Shown piece after piece: positions 1 through 9,088 of a DNA stretch of 64,000 nt. Source of the DNA: Opitutales bacterium (lineage in GTDB: Bacteria > Verrucomicrobiota > Verrucomicrobiia > Opitutales > UBA2987); NCBI GenBank assembly GCA_021772515.1, contig JAJFLU010000026.1, positions 77,813-141,812 on the forward strand. The letters run 5' to 3'. Position numbers and translations under genes: made by a program. The notes beneath the pieces were generated by a model, which worked only from the letters and a program-made list of their open reading frames with translations, did not search any database and had not been told where the DNA came from. Within the stretch, counting starts at the first letter, position 1, and the number at the start of each line of letters is the position of its first letter.

Positions 1-262
1 ACTCCAGAGCCACCTCACAATGGCGGTCCGTGGGCACCACCACACTGACGGCTTCGCAGGCTTCCCCAAGCTCCTTCAGAGAGGAAAAGCTCTCACAATC
101 ATGGCTTTCCGCAATTTCCCGGGAACGCGCTTCATCGGGGTCGAATACTCCGACAAGCTCGCATTGCTCCAGACCGGAATAAATGCGGGCATGGTGACGG
201 CCAAGGTAGCCTACCCCGGCAACTCCGCATCGGACAAGTGGATGTCGTTCGTTTTTCGGCAT
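1..262 (-). CDS. Gfo/Idh/MocA-family NAD(P)-dependent oxidoreductase, N-terminal part only (gene runs off the left edge)
   Basis: Hand translation of the minus strand from the ATG at 262-260 gives MPKNERHPLVRCGVAGVGYLGRHHARIYSGLEQCELVGVFDPDEARSREIAESHDCESFSSLKELGEACEAVSVVVPTDRHCEVALE. It has a Rossmann GxGxxG (GVAGVGYLG) and the VVVPT..H pattern typical of this family. It is absent from the ORF track because no stop lies in the window. Confidence 0.6.
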   Translation of the reverse strand, partial: MPKNERHPLVRCGVAGVGYLGRHHARIYSGLEQCELVGVFDPDEARSREIAESHDCESFSSLKELGEACEAVSVVVPTDRHCEVALE

Positions 263-353
263 GGCGGAAACCTAAGACTCCGCCCTTGGCTTTGACAAGC
301 AGTCTGTGCCCACAAAGGATGGAATCAGCGAAAGTAGTGTTAAAATCATCCGG

Positions 354-1064
354 TCAATCATCAAGAATATCGGGTGTTTCCGGTGTTTTCAGAAAACCGT
401 TCTGGAGAATAAATTGCTGTTGGGTCCTGGCGGCGTATTCGGGATTATGCGTCACCAATACGAGGCTGGAGTTTTCTTCACGGCAAATATCGAATACGAG
501 ATCGATAACGCCGTGGGCGGTTTTTTCGTCGAGATTTCCGGTCGGCTCATCGGCCAGGATAAGGGAGGGGCGATTCATTAAGGCCCTTGCCAGGGCCACC
601 CGCTGCCTTTCTCCGCCGGAAAGCTGCATCGGTGAGCCTTTCAGGCGCTCCCCGAGCCCCACCCTCTTCAATAATTCCACTGCCCGGCTCCGGTGTGTCT
701 GACTGATTTTACCGAGGATGCGCGCTGCTATGAGGACGTTTTCGGTAACATCCAATTCGGGAATCAGATGATAGGCTTGAAAAACCATGCCGATCTCATT
801 TCCCCGAAGCCGTGCCAATAGCGACTCGCTTATGTTCTGGATATCCAAACCGTTCAGGAAAACGGATCCGCTGTCCGCCGTTTCCAACCCGGCAATAATG
901 TTGAGAAGGGTCGTTTTACCACTCCCGGACTCACCCCGGATGCTGACGCTTTCCCCCCTTTTCACGGTGAGTTCAATCTCCTTGAGCACCTCGATGGGCT
1001 GCCCCCCGCTGAGAAAGGATTTCGCCACCCGGCGCACTTGGAGTTCTTTGTGGGAATCACTCAC
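354..1064 (-). CDS. lolD: Lipoprotein-releasing ABC transporter ATP-binding protein LolD
   Basis: 236-aa ORF with Walker A GESGSGKTT, ABC signature LSGGERQR and Walker B LILADEPT. It overlaps the upstream LolC/E-type permease gene by 8 nt. Confidence 0.85.
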   Translation of the reverse strand: MSDSHKELQVRRVAKSFLSGGQPIEVLKEIELTVKRGESVSIRGESGSGKTTLLNIIAGLETADSGSVFLNGLDIQNISESLLARLRGNEIGMVFQAYHLIPELDVTENVLIAARILGKISQTHRSRAVELLKRVGLGERLKGSPMQLSGGERQRVALARALMNRPSLILADEPTGNLDEKTAHGVIDLVFDICREENSSLVLVTHNPEYAARTQQQFILQNGFLKTPETPDILDD

Positions 1065-2286
1065 TACGCAAGGCCTCCGCCGGTTTCATACGGGCCGCCC
1101 GCAATGCGGGAATAAGGCCAGCGAGGGTGGTAAGGATCAGAGCGCAGAGGGATATTACAATGAAATCGCGCGTCGCGTAATGGACGGGTAGCTGGGCAAA
1201 TTGATAAAATCTGATGAGGACTTCCTGGCTGCCGGTCAAACTGGCGAACCCGTGAATGATGTCGTTGCGGACATAGAGGGCGGCCAGGGCAACCACTATT
1301 CCCAGCGCGGTTCCCAATAGTCCGATGAAAAATCCCTGGAAACAATAACAGAGCGCCAAGTGGAAGGGTTTGCCGCCGATGGCGACCAAAAGCCCGATTT
1401 CTTTTGTCTTTCGCAGGACCGTCAGGAGTTGCGCGATTGCGATCACGAAAGCGGCCACCAGGACGATAAAAATGAGGAGGAAAAACATCATGTTTTTTTC
1501 CAATTCGAGAATCCATAGCCAATCCTCATACATATCCAGCCAGGTGAGCGCCCGTTTGGGAGGATACAGAACCTCATTCAGATGGGCGGCCACAACCGCT
1601 TCGTCAACTCCCGGCCTCAACCGCAGGGCCACGCCGTGGGCGGCACCTTCGAGATTGTAAAGTTCCTGCATGAGGCGAAGGGTGCTGACCATCGTATTGC
1701 TATCGAAATCGTTCCAGCCCGTTTCGTAAATGCCGGCCACCAAAAGCTCTCTGGGCAGCAGCACCTCATCGTCTTTCAGCCTGTCCAGCATGAGCGGGGT
1801 GTAAACTTCGACGGTGGAACCGAGGGTGGCTCCGATCGATGCAGCGAGGACGCGGCTTAGAAGGAGGGAGTCGTCATCGAGGGCTTCGAGGCTGCCCAAT
1901 TGCATAAAATCCTGCATTGGAACGACCGAAGATTCGCGCTCGACATCGATTCCCCTGATTGCGGGAAACGCGGGCCGGTTTCCATGCTGGAGCATGACCA
2001 CCCCCTGCGCGTAGGGAGATGCGCCCTGGACTTCGGGCAATTCGCTGACCAAAGCCAGAACCGACTCGTAGTCATACATGGCCGAACCGGATTCGATGCG
2101 GATATGGCCATTGGTCTGAACAATCTTCACGCGGTAGGTCTGCCCGAAACCGCCCATGACGGATTGCACGATTACCAGAATCATGACCCCGAGCATAACG
2201 CCGCAAACCGAGATCAGAAAAAAGAAGGATACCCTCCTGCCGGAGGGGAAAAGCTGTTTCAAAGCCAGATAAATATACCAGGGCAT
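1057..2286 (-). CDS. Lipoprotein-releasing system permease, LolC/LolE family (FtsX-like)
   Basis: 409-aa ORF with an N-terminal TM helix, a large periplasmic loop and three C-terminal TM helices (MacB/FtsX architecture). It is translationally coupled to lolD. I cannot distinguish LolC from LolE. Confidence 0.8.
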   Translation of the reverse strand: MPWYIYLALKQLFPSGRRVSFFFLISVCGVMLGVMILVIVQSVMGGFGQTYRVKIVQTNGHIRIESGSAMYDYESVLALVSELPEVQGASPYAQGVVMLQHGNRPAFPAIRGIDVERESSVVPMQDFMQLGSLEALDDDSLLLSRVLAASIGATLGSTVEVYTPLMLDRLKDDEVLLPRELLVAGIYETGWNDFDSNTMVSTLRLMQELYNLEGAAHGVALRLRPGVDEAVVAAHLNEVLYPPKRALTWLDMYEDWLWILELEKNMMFFLLIFIVLVAAFVIAIAQLLTVLRKTKEIGLLVAIGGKPFHLALCYCFQGFFIGLLGTALGIVVALAALYVRNDIIHGFASLTGSQEVLIRFYQFAQLPVHYATRDFIVISLCALILTTLAGLIPALRAARMKPAEALRSE

Positions 2287-2295
2287 GTTTTTCTA

Positions 2296-3777
2296 TTAAG
2301 TCTTCTTTTCCGCAGGTTTGAGGGTGGGGAAAAGTATGGTGTCGCGTAAATTGGTGGCGCCGGTCAGTAGCATAACGAGGCGGTCGATGCCCACCCCGAT
2401 GCCGCCCGCCGGAGGCATTCCGTGCTCGAGAGCGAGGATGAAATCATGGTCAACGTTCTGTTGGTCGTCGCCAGCCTGAGAGCCGAACATATCACGCTGA
2501 GCAATGGGGTCGTTTTGCTCCGAATAAGCGGGGGCGATTTCCTGCCCACCGATGCAAAGCTCGAAGACGTCGATGGTTGACTCATCCCCTTCGGTCAATT
2601 TGGCCAAAGGACAAAGTTCACGCGGCAGGTGGGTGACAAAGGTCGGCTGAATGAGATTGGGTTCGATCCGTTTTTCAAAAACATCATTGGTGATTTCAAA
2701 TTTTTCCTGGGCTGGATTGGATTCGACCCCCATTTCGGCACAACGGGCCAGCATTTCGTCTTTGGAACGTGAAAACCACTCGGGATCGCCGGTCGCTTCG
2801 ATGACAAGTTCCTTATAGGGAACCTCCCTCCATTGCCCTCCGAGCTCAATCGTTTGCCCGTCATAAAGCTCTACCTCGGTTTTACCCAGAACCTCCTGGC
2901 AAACGGTTTGTACCATCGACCGCACCAGCTCCATCATACCCCGGTAGTCGGAGTAGGCTTGATATATCTCCAGCATGGTGAATTCGGGGCTGTGTTTGCG
3001 GGAAACACCCTCATTGCGAAATATCCTGCCGATCTCATAAACACGGTCGAATCCGCCCACCAAAAGACGTTTCAGATTCAGTTCCAGGGCGATACGCAGG
3101 TAAAAATCGCAGTTGAGGGCATTGAAATGGGTCGAGAAGGGCTTGGCTGCGGCGCCCCCGAACTCGGAATGAAGCATCGAGGTTTCCACTTCCATAAATT
3201 CTCTGGAATCCAGAAACCTCCTGATTACTGAAACGATTTTGCTGCGTTTACGAAACCGCTCGCGGGACTCCTCGTTGACAATGAGATCCAGATACCGCTG
3301 GCGATAAATTTGCTCGCTGTCAGAAAGGCCATGCCATTTTTCCGGCAGGGGCCTGAGGGCTTTGGCAACAAGGCTGTAGGCGGCAACCCGGACCGTGATT
3401 TCGCCGGTTTTTGTTTTAAAGAGCGGCCCCTCGGCCCCTATGAAATCGCCTATATCCAATTTGCGAAACTTGTTGTAGGCCTCCACGCCGATTTCGTCGC
3501 GCCGAAAATAGAGCTGTATTTTGCCCTCCCTATCGAGGATTTTGACAAATGCGGCCTTTCCCATGAGGCGAAATACCACGATGCGCCCGGCGACTTTTAC
3601 GATCGGGCTGTTTTCCTCGTCCTCGTTGTAAAGGGCGCGGGCTTGGGCGGATGTATGTTCCTGCTCGCAGTTGGCGCGAAAAGGATCGCATTCGCTCTCG
3701 CGCATGGCATTCAGTTTGCCCAGCCGTACGGCGTATAAATCGTGCGTCTGGGTATCCTCGGAATTTGGCTTGCTCAT
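2296..3777 (-). CDS. lysS: Lysine--tRNA ligase, class II
   Basis: OB-fold N-domain, class II motif 2 (IFRNEGVSRKHSPEFTMLE) and motif 3 (GIGVGIDRLVMLL). The track ORF starts at 3822, but MSKPNSEDTQ at 3777 is the more likely start. Confidence 0.93.
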   Translation of the reverse strand: MSKPNSEDTQTHDLYAVRLGKLNAMRESECDPFRANCEQEHTSAQARALYNEDEENSPIVKVAGRIVVFRLMGKAAFVKILDREGKIQLYFRRDEIGVEAYNKFRKLDIGDFIGAEGPLFKTKTGEITVRVAAYSLVAKALRPLPEKWHGLSDSEQIYRQRYLDLIVNEESRERFRKRSKIVSVIRRFLDSREFMEVETSMLHSEFGGAAAKPFSTHFNALNCDFYLRIALELNLKRLLVGGFDRVYEIGRIFRNEGVSRKHSPEFTMLEIYQAYSDYRGMMELVRSMVQTVCQEVLGKTEVELYDGQTIELGGQWREVPYKELVIEATGDPEWFSRSKDEMLARCAEMGVESNPAQEKFEITNDVFEKRIEPNLIQPTFVTHLPRELCPLAKLTEGDESTIDVFELCIGGQEIAPAYSEQNDPIAQRDMFGSQAGDDQQNVDHDFILALEHGMPPAGGIGVGIDRLVMLLTGATNLRDTILFPTLKPAEKKT

Positions 3778-3850
3778 TAGAAGTAAAAGGGAAACCGCTA
3801 ACCCTGTGTAATCCCTTGGCAAGAATCAAATGGAAAGTTGAATCCAAAAG

Positions 3851-3878
3851 TACATCCAGAATCATCTATCTGGATGTA
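3851..3878. repeat. Perfect 10-bp inverted repeat, TACATCCAGA-N8-TCTGGATGTA
   Basis: Read directly. It lies in the divergent lysS / DUF456 intergenic region. Confidence 0.5.
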
Positions 3879-3952
3879 AACGACCTGGTGCCAGAAACCT
3901 GAATTTCTCGATTGCTCCTGAAAAAGGATTAACCTCCAATAGTAAAAGACTC

Positions 3953-4450
3953 ATGTTGACCGCCTCACATATGGCCCTGTCCGTCGCCGTTATTTGTTTC
4001 ATGGTCGGGCTGATGGCCTCCTTTCTGCCCATTCTCCCCGGAACGGTAATCGCCTGGGCGGGCATTGTCATCCACAAGCTATGGCTGATGGAAGCCTCGG
4101 TGCCGTGGTGGTTTCTGGGAGTCGCCACGGGATTTGTTTTACTGGCACAGGGATTGGATATGGCCTGCACCTACTGGGGAGCAAAAAAATTCGGCGCGAC
4201 ATGGAGAGGAGCTTTGGGGGGTGTTATCGGGGGGATTCTGGGGGTGTTGATTTTCAATATACCGGGACTTTTTCTGGGACCGATTATAGGAGTGGTAGCA
4301 GCCGAAACGCTGGGAGGTCGCGACCTATTTCAGGCGGGCAAGGCGGGCATTGGCACGATAGTCGGTGGTTTGGTGGCATTTGCTCTGAAATTGGGCGTCA
4401 CCGTTTCGCTGATCGCAGGTTTTTTTCTGGTCCTTGCTCAAAACGGTTAA
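3953..4450 (+). CDS. DUF456-family small membrane protein
   Basis: 165 aa with four hydrophobic segments. LPILPGTVIAW and WGAKKFGATWRGALGGVIGGILG resemble DUF456 members. Confidence 0.65.
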   Translation: MLTASHMALSVAVICFMVGLMASFLPILPGTVIAWAGIVIHKLWLMEASVPWWFLGVATGFVLLAQGLDMACTYWGAKKFGATWRGALGGVIGGILGVLIFNIPGLFLGPIIGVVAAETLGGRDLFQAGKAGIGTIVGGLVAFALKLGVTVSLIAGFFLVLAQNG

Positions 4451-4539
4451 GCGAATGAAAAGTGGTTGAGTAATAGTCGTCAATTTTTGACGAATACTTG
4501 CTTGCGGTCATTGGGAGAAATCTTTTCATTACCGCACGG

Positions 4540-5421
4540 ATGATGCCAACCAATCGCAAACCGAAGTGGCTGCGCGCCCAGTTGCCCCACAGCTCGTCGT
4601 ATCAGCGTGTTCGCAACCTTGTCGAAGGCAATGACCTGCACACCGTCTGCCAGAGCGCCAACTGCCCGAATCTGGGGGAATGTTGGTCCCGTGGCACGGC
4701 AACCCTCATGATTTTGGGAAACATTTGCACCCGCTCGTGCACTTTTTGCGCCATTGATACCGGTAGACCCGAACTGCCCGATCTTGGTGAACCGGCGCGT
4801 GCCGCCGAGGCGGTTGGCAAAATGCGGCTCCGGCATTGCGTGATCACCTCGGTCGCGAGAGATGACCTCGCGGATGGAGGCGCAGCAGCCTGGGCTGCGA
4901 CAATTCGAGCGGTTCGCCACAGGAACCCGGGAACCGCCATCGAGGTCTTGGTGCCCGATTTTCGTGGAAAAATGGAGCATCTCGATACCGTCCTGAGGGC
5001 GGAACCGGATATTCTTAACCACAACATGGAAACGGTGAAACGATTGCAGCGCCCCGTTCGCAAAACGGCGACCTATGATCGCACATTGAAAATTCTCCAG
5101 CATGCCCACGATCGCGGATTTACGACCAAATCGGGAATCATGCTGGGCATCGGCGAGCGGGGTGAGGAAATTGCCCAGGTTTTGAAGGATTTGAGGGATG
5201 CGGAGGTCAAAATTATTACCATCGGCCAATATTTACAGCCTTCCCCTGAGCATCGGCCCATAGATCGCTGGGTGACCCCCGAGGAATTTGAGGAGTGGAA
5301 AGAATTTGGTCTTTCCATCGGATTTGAAGTCGTGGAGTCGGGGCCGCTGGTTCGATCATCCTACCACGCCGAGGAGCAATCGGAGCGATTCGGTTCGGGC
5401 CAAGGAGCGGTTTCAGCCTGA
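4540..5421 (+). CDS. lipA: Lipoyl synthase
   Basis: N-terminal CX4CX5C cluster (CQSANCPNLGEC) and radical-SAM CX3CX2C (CTRSCTFC). Start moved to MMPTNRKPKWL. Confidence 0.93.
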   Translation: MMPTNRKPKWLRAQLPHSSSYQRVRNLVEGNDLHTVCQSANCPNLGECWSRGTATLMILGNICTRSCTFCAIDTGRPELPDLGEPARAAEAVGKMRLRHCVITSVARDDLADGGAAAWAATIRAVRHRNPGTAIEVLVPDFRGKMEHLDTVLRAEPDILNHNMETVKRLQRPVRKTATYDRTLKILQHAHDRGFTTKSGIMLGIGERGEEIAQVLKDLRDAEVKIITIGQYLQPSPEHRPIDRWVTPEEFEEWKEFGLSIGFEVVESGPLVRSSYHAEEQSERFGSGQGAVSA

Positions 5422-5452
5422 AGATCAAAAACCCAAGATTTGTTTAAACAAT

Positions 5453-6289
5453 ATGAAAATACCCCTGGAAGATTATTATGAGGACATCGTGGGCAAGGCC
5501 GCCACTGGGCTTCGTCTCCGCAAAGGAAAACTGGCCGAACTCACCGGTCTGCCGGTCGAAGCCGTAATCAATGCGATGAAGGGTGTGTTCGATGAGGGAA
5601 CCGCAAGGGCTCTCGCGCCGGTTTTAAACCTCGATGCCGATTCCCTGGTCGAGTGCGGACGGCAATCCTGGCAGCCTGAAACAGTGGCAATGAAGGGTCT
5701 CGAATCATTTAATACGCCCTTCCCCATTCCCGGTTATGAGGAGATGACAGTGAATGCCTTTTTGGTTTGGAATCCGGCCACAAAACAGGCCGCCGCCTTC
5801 GACACGGGTGCTGACGCCTCCGGGATTCTTGAAAAAATCAAGGAGAATGGACTGACTTTGGAAGCAATTTTTCTGACCCATACCCACGGAGATCATATTG
5901 CCGATGTGGACCGCCTGTGCAGAGAAACTGGCAACCCCCCGGTTTATGTGAATCGACTGGAGTCGCACGGTAGGGCCAAACTAATTGACGAGGGCGATTG
6001 TTTTGAAGTTGGAGGGCTTCATATAGAGGCTCGTTTGACTCATGGCCACTCGCCGGGAGGGACCACTTTTGTTGTTACGGGTCTCGAAAGAACCGTGGCG
6101 GTGGTGGGCGATTCCCTGTTCGCAAATTCAATGGGCGGCGCACCGAGCGCGTATCAGCAAGCCCTGGAAAACAACCGCAAGAAGATTCTTTCATTGCCCG
6201 ACGATACCATAATCTGCCCCGGGCACGGCCCCAACACCACGATCGCCGAGGAAAAAGCCCACAACCCCTTTCACCCCGAGTTAAAGTAA
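5453..6289 (+). CDS. MBL-fold metallo-hydrolase (glyoxalase II-like) with a short N-terminal extra domain
   Basis: HxHxDH motif (LTHTHGDHIADV), later HGHSPGG and CPGHGP. The track ORF from 5288 overlaps the lipA 3' end, so the ATG at 5453 (MKIPLEDYY) is the likely start. Confidence 0.8.
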   Translation: MKIPLEDYYEDIVGKAATGLRLRKGKLAELTGLPVEAVINAMKGVFDEGTARALAPVLNLDADSLVECGRQSWQPETVAMKGLESFNTPFPIPGYEEMTVNAFLVWNPATKQAAAFDTGADASGILEKIKENGLTLEAIFLTHTHGDHIADVDRLCRETGNPPVYVNRLESHGRAKLIDEGDCFEVGGLHIEARLTHGHSPGGTTFVVTGLERTVAVVGDSLFANSMGGAPSAYQQALENNRKKILSLPDDTIICPGHGPNTTIAEEKAHNPFHPELK

Positions 6290-6337
6290 CCCGCCACCCT
6301 CTCACCCACACACCCAACTACCTTTCCCCTCTTGAAA

Positions 6338-7255
6338 ATGCCAAAAAAGAAAAAAATCGGCTTCGTAGGAACCGGCCGCATGGGCGCAAATATGGCCCGC
6401 CACCTGAAGGATTGCGGCTACCCCATAACCGCCGTTTACGATGTCAACTCCGATGCGGCTCAATCGCTGGCAAAGGAGCTAAATTGCTCGCACAGCACGA
6501 CGCTTTCCGGTGTCACCAAAGCCTCGGAGGTAATTATCACTGTGGTGACGGATGACGCCGCCATGAAGCAGATTTTCAAGGGAAAAAAAGACAATTTGCT
6601 GATGGGCGCCGGGCGAAGGGTCTTTATCAATTGCGCAACTGTTTCGCCAAAAACTCATATCGATATCGAAAAGGCGGCCGGTAAAGCGCGCGCCTCAACC
6701 CTCGAAGGCTGTATGGCGTCGAGCATTACACAGGCACGGGAAGGAACCTTGTACCTGATGGTGGCCGGCAAAATACGCACTTTTGAAAGGGTGAAGGACA
6801 TTCTCGAAAATCTCAGCTCGAATATGCGTTACATCGGCCCGGCGGGCAAGGCGGCAGAGGTCAAAGCACTGGTCAACATGGTCATGAATATCAACACGGC
6901 TGGTTTGGCCGAGGGGTTGGGATTGGGAGCGGCGTTGGGGCTCGACCTGACGTTGCTGCGGGAGGTATTCGCCGAAACGGGGGCCAATTCGCGGGTTCTC
7001 GAAACGGACGGCGAGGATATGCAAATACGGGACCACGAATGCTATTTTTCTTCCGCCCACGCCGCCAAAGACTCTGGAATTGCCGCCGCTTTGGCCCGTA
7101 AGCTCCGCCTGAAACTGCCGTTGAATGACGCCACCGAAGCACAATATCAGCGCATGATTTCCGAAGGTCTCGGAGAATTGGATAAATCGGGTATTGCCGA
7201 GCTTACCTTCAAGGGCCGCCACCGGACCCGCCGAGGGAGAAAAAAAGCGAAATAA
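6338..7255 (+). CDS. NAD(P)-dependent beta-hydroxyacid dehydrogenase (3-hydroxyisobutyrate dehydrogenase family)
   Basis: N-terminal Rossmann KIGFVGTGRMGANMARHL with family-typical length and layout. It carries a basic C-terminal tail, KGRHRTRRGRKKAK. Confidence 0.8.
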   Translation: MPKKKKIGFVGTGRMGANMARHLKDCGYPITAVYDVNSDAAQSLAKELNCSHSTTLSGVTKASEVIITVVTDDAAMKQIFKGKKDNLLMGAGRRVFINCATVSPKTHIDIEKAAGKARASTLEGCMASSITQAREGTLYLMVAGKIRTFERVKDILENLSSNMRYIGPAGKAAEVKALVNMVMNINTAGLAEGLGLGAALGLDLTLLREVFAETGANSRVLETDGEDMQIRDHECYFSSAHAAKDSGIAAALARKLRLKLPLNDATEAQYQRMISEGLGELDKSGIAELTFKGRHRTRRGRKKAK

Positions 7256-7301
7256 GGGATCCACTGCCGCATATTTCCCACCACTTTTTAAAACAAGCAA
7301 G

Positions 7302-8543
7302 ATGAGGATTCGGGCATTTCGAGGTCTAAGACCTGCAAAAAAGTTAGCGGAAAATGTCTCTTCGCCTCCCTACGACGTAGTTTCCGATGAGGAGGTCCGG
7401 GCAATCATCAGAGAGAATCCCCTCAGTATGATGCGGGTCTTGAGGGCGGAAGGCGATTTGGAGGAAGGTATTCATCCTTTTTCCGACAAAGTTTATGAGA
7501 AGGCGGTGGAAAATTTTCACGAAATGCAGGCAGCGGGGCATTTGATCCACGAGAGCGAGCGCTCCCTCTACCTTTACCAGTTGGATACAGGGAGTCACCG
7601 GCAGCGGGGGGTGGCCGCGCTTTGTCATTTGGAGGATTACGAAAGCGGCCTGATCAAACTCCACGAAAACACGCATAAGGATAAGGAGGATGACCGCACG
7701 CGTTTGACCAGTGACCTGAGCGCCAACCCCGGTCCGGTGTTTTTAACTTATCGTGATGATAAAAATATCGATTCCCTGGTGGATGAAATCGTGGAGACTT
7801 CGCCTTTGTTTGATTTTTTAGATGAGAAAGGCATTCGCCACAAGCTGTGGAAAATCCCCGAAGGTAACCGCCTGATCGAAGCCTTCGGGAGGACGGAGTG
7901 TTTTTACGTAGCCGATGGGCATCACCGCACCGCCAGCGCCGCGCGGGTTGGCAGGGAACGACGCGCGGCCAACCCAATGCATACCGGCGAGGAGGATTAC
8001 AATTGGTTTCTCAGCGTTCTTTTCCCCGCATCCCAATTACAGATTCTTGCCTACAATCGCGTCGTCACCGATTTGAACGGTTTGCAGCCAGGAGAATTTC
8101 TCGAAAAAGTGCGAACCACGCTGCCAGTTAATGAAGATGCCTCACCGTCCCCAAAAAATCCTGGAAAAGTGAGCATGTACCTGGAAGGCGGCTGGCATAG
8201 TCTGGAGTTATCCCCTGATCCCGAAAACGGGCCGGTTGAGCGGCTTGATATCAGTGTTTTGCAGGAAAAAGTTCTTGGGCCTTTGTTGGGGATTGAGAAT
8301 CAGAAAATCAGCGAGCGGGTTGAATTTGTGGGCGGAATCAAAGGCCCCGAAGAGTTGCAGCGACGAGTCGATTCCGGTCGTGGGGCGGTCGCTTTCTCGC
8401 TTTACCCGGTATCGGTTGAGCAACTGCTCGAAATCGCCGACACCGGCAACAATATGCCCCCTAAGTCGACATGGTTTGAGCCTAAGCTACGCTCCGGGCT
8501 CTTTATTCACACCTTTGAGCCCAAAGGGGCGTCAGCGAAATAG
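7302..8543 (+). CDS. DUF1015-domain protein
   Basis: MRIRAFRGLRP start and the YVADGHHRTASA motif characteristic of DUF1015. The track ORF from 7194 overlaps the upstream gene. Confidence 0.75.
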   Translation: MRIRAFRGLRPAKKLAENVSSPPYDVVSDEEVRAIIRENPLSMMRVLRAEGDLEEGIHPFSDKVYEKAVENFHEMQAAGHLIHESERSLYLYQLDTGSHRQRGVAALCHLEDYESGLIKLHENTHKDKEDDRTRLTSDLSANPGPVFLTYRDDKNIDSLVDEIVETSPLFDFLDEKGIRHKLWKIPEGNRLIEAFGRTECFYVADGHHRTASAARVGRERRAANPMHTGEEDYNWFLSVLFPASQLQILAYNRVVTDLNGLQPGEFLEKVRTTLPVNEDASPSPKNPGKVSMYLEGGWHSLELSPDPENGPVERLDISVLQEKVLGPLLGIENQKISERVEFVGGIKGPEELQRRVDSGRGAVAFSLYPVSVEQLLEIADTGNNMPPKSTWFEPKLRSGLFIHTFEPKGASAK

Positions 8544-8557
8544 GGACAAAGGCCGAT

Positions 8558-8803
8558 TCAGCGTGAGCGGCTGAATTTCGAGCGGAATTTCTCCACTCGC
8601 CCTGCGGTATCCACAAATCGTTTTTCGCCGGTATAAGCGGGATGGGAGTCGCTCGTAACATCGCGGGCAACGACGAAATATTCCACTCCGTCAATCGTCT
8701 CGGTCTTTTTCGACTTCAAGGCGGCGCGAGTTAAAAATTGCTTGTTTGTGGAAACGTCCACGAAGCAAACTGGATTCATCTGCGGATGGATTTTCTTTTT
8801 CAT
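8558..8803 (-). CDS. rpmE2: 50S ribosomal protein L31, type B (no zinc ribbon)
   Basis: MKKKIHPQMNPVCFVD...SDSHPAYTGEKRFVDTAGRVEKF matches the YkgM-type L31. It lacks the paired CxxC motifs. Confidence 0.88.
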   Translation of the reverse strand: MKKKIHPQMNPVCFVDVSTNKQFLTRAALKSKKTETIDGVEYFVVARDVTSDSHPAYTGEKRFVDTAGRVEKFRSKFSRSR

Positions 8804-8835
8804 TTCTCTAAAGCAAATACTCAAAATCCGACAAA

Positions 8836-8961
8836 TCAACCCTGGCGGGCTTTAAAGCGGGGATTGGTTTTGCAAATGACATAGATTCGGCCCCGGCGGC
8901 GCACAACCTGGCAGTCGGGGTGTCGATTCTTCAAAGTCTTTATGGATGCTACAACTTTCAT
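8836..8961 (-). CDS. rpmJ: 50S ribosomal protein L36, YkgO-like (zinc-independent) form
   Basis: The 41-aa [41 protein letters not shown] aligns closely to E. coli YkgO. The N-terminal part of the 65-aa track ORF is spurious. Confidence 0.88.
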   Translation of the reverse strand: MKVVASIKTLKNRHPDCQVVRRRGRIYVICKTNPRFKARQG

Positions 8962-9088
8962 AGGAAAAACAAGTGAAGCGCGGAGAAAAAGTAAAATAAT
9001 CGGCAGTGTCAACGGAAATTCAATAAAATCCATCTAGCAAATTCACCCTCAAATGCCTTCTGGTCGAATGAGGATAGGGAAAATATTA

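Noticed and set aside
20-295. 91-aa plus-strand ORF at the left edge
   Set aside because: It has no recognisable motifs. The opposite strand of the same DNA encodes a clean Gfo/Idh/MocA Rossmann N-terminus that continues the lolD operon direction.
8556-8576. 7-bp hairpin ATTCAGC-N7-GCTGAAT at the convergent DUF1015 / L31 junction
   Set aside because: The stem is short, and most of the structure lies inside the 3' end of the L31 coding sequence with only a TTT tail. That is too weak to call a terminator.
8962-9088. Zur box upstream of the L36-L31 pair
   Set aside because: No convincing AT-rich palindrome of Zur type is visible by eye in the spacer, so I cannot claim zinc regulation.
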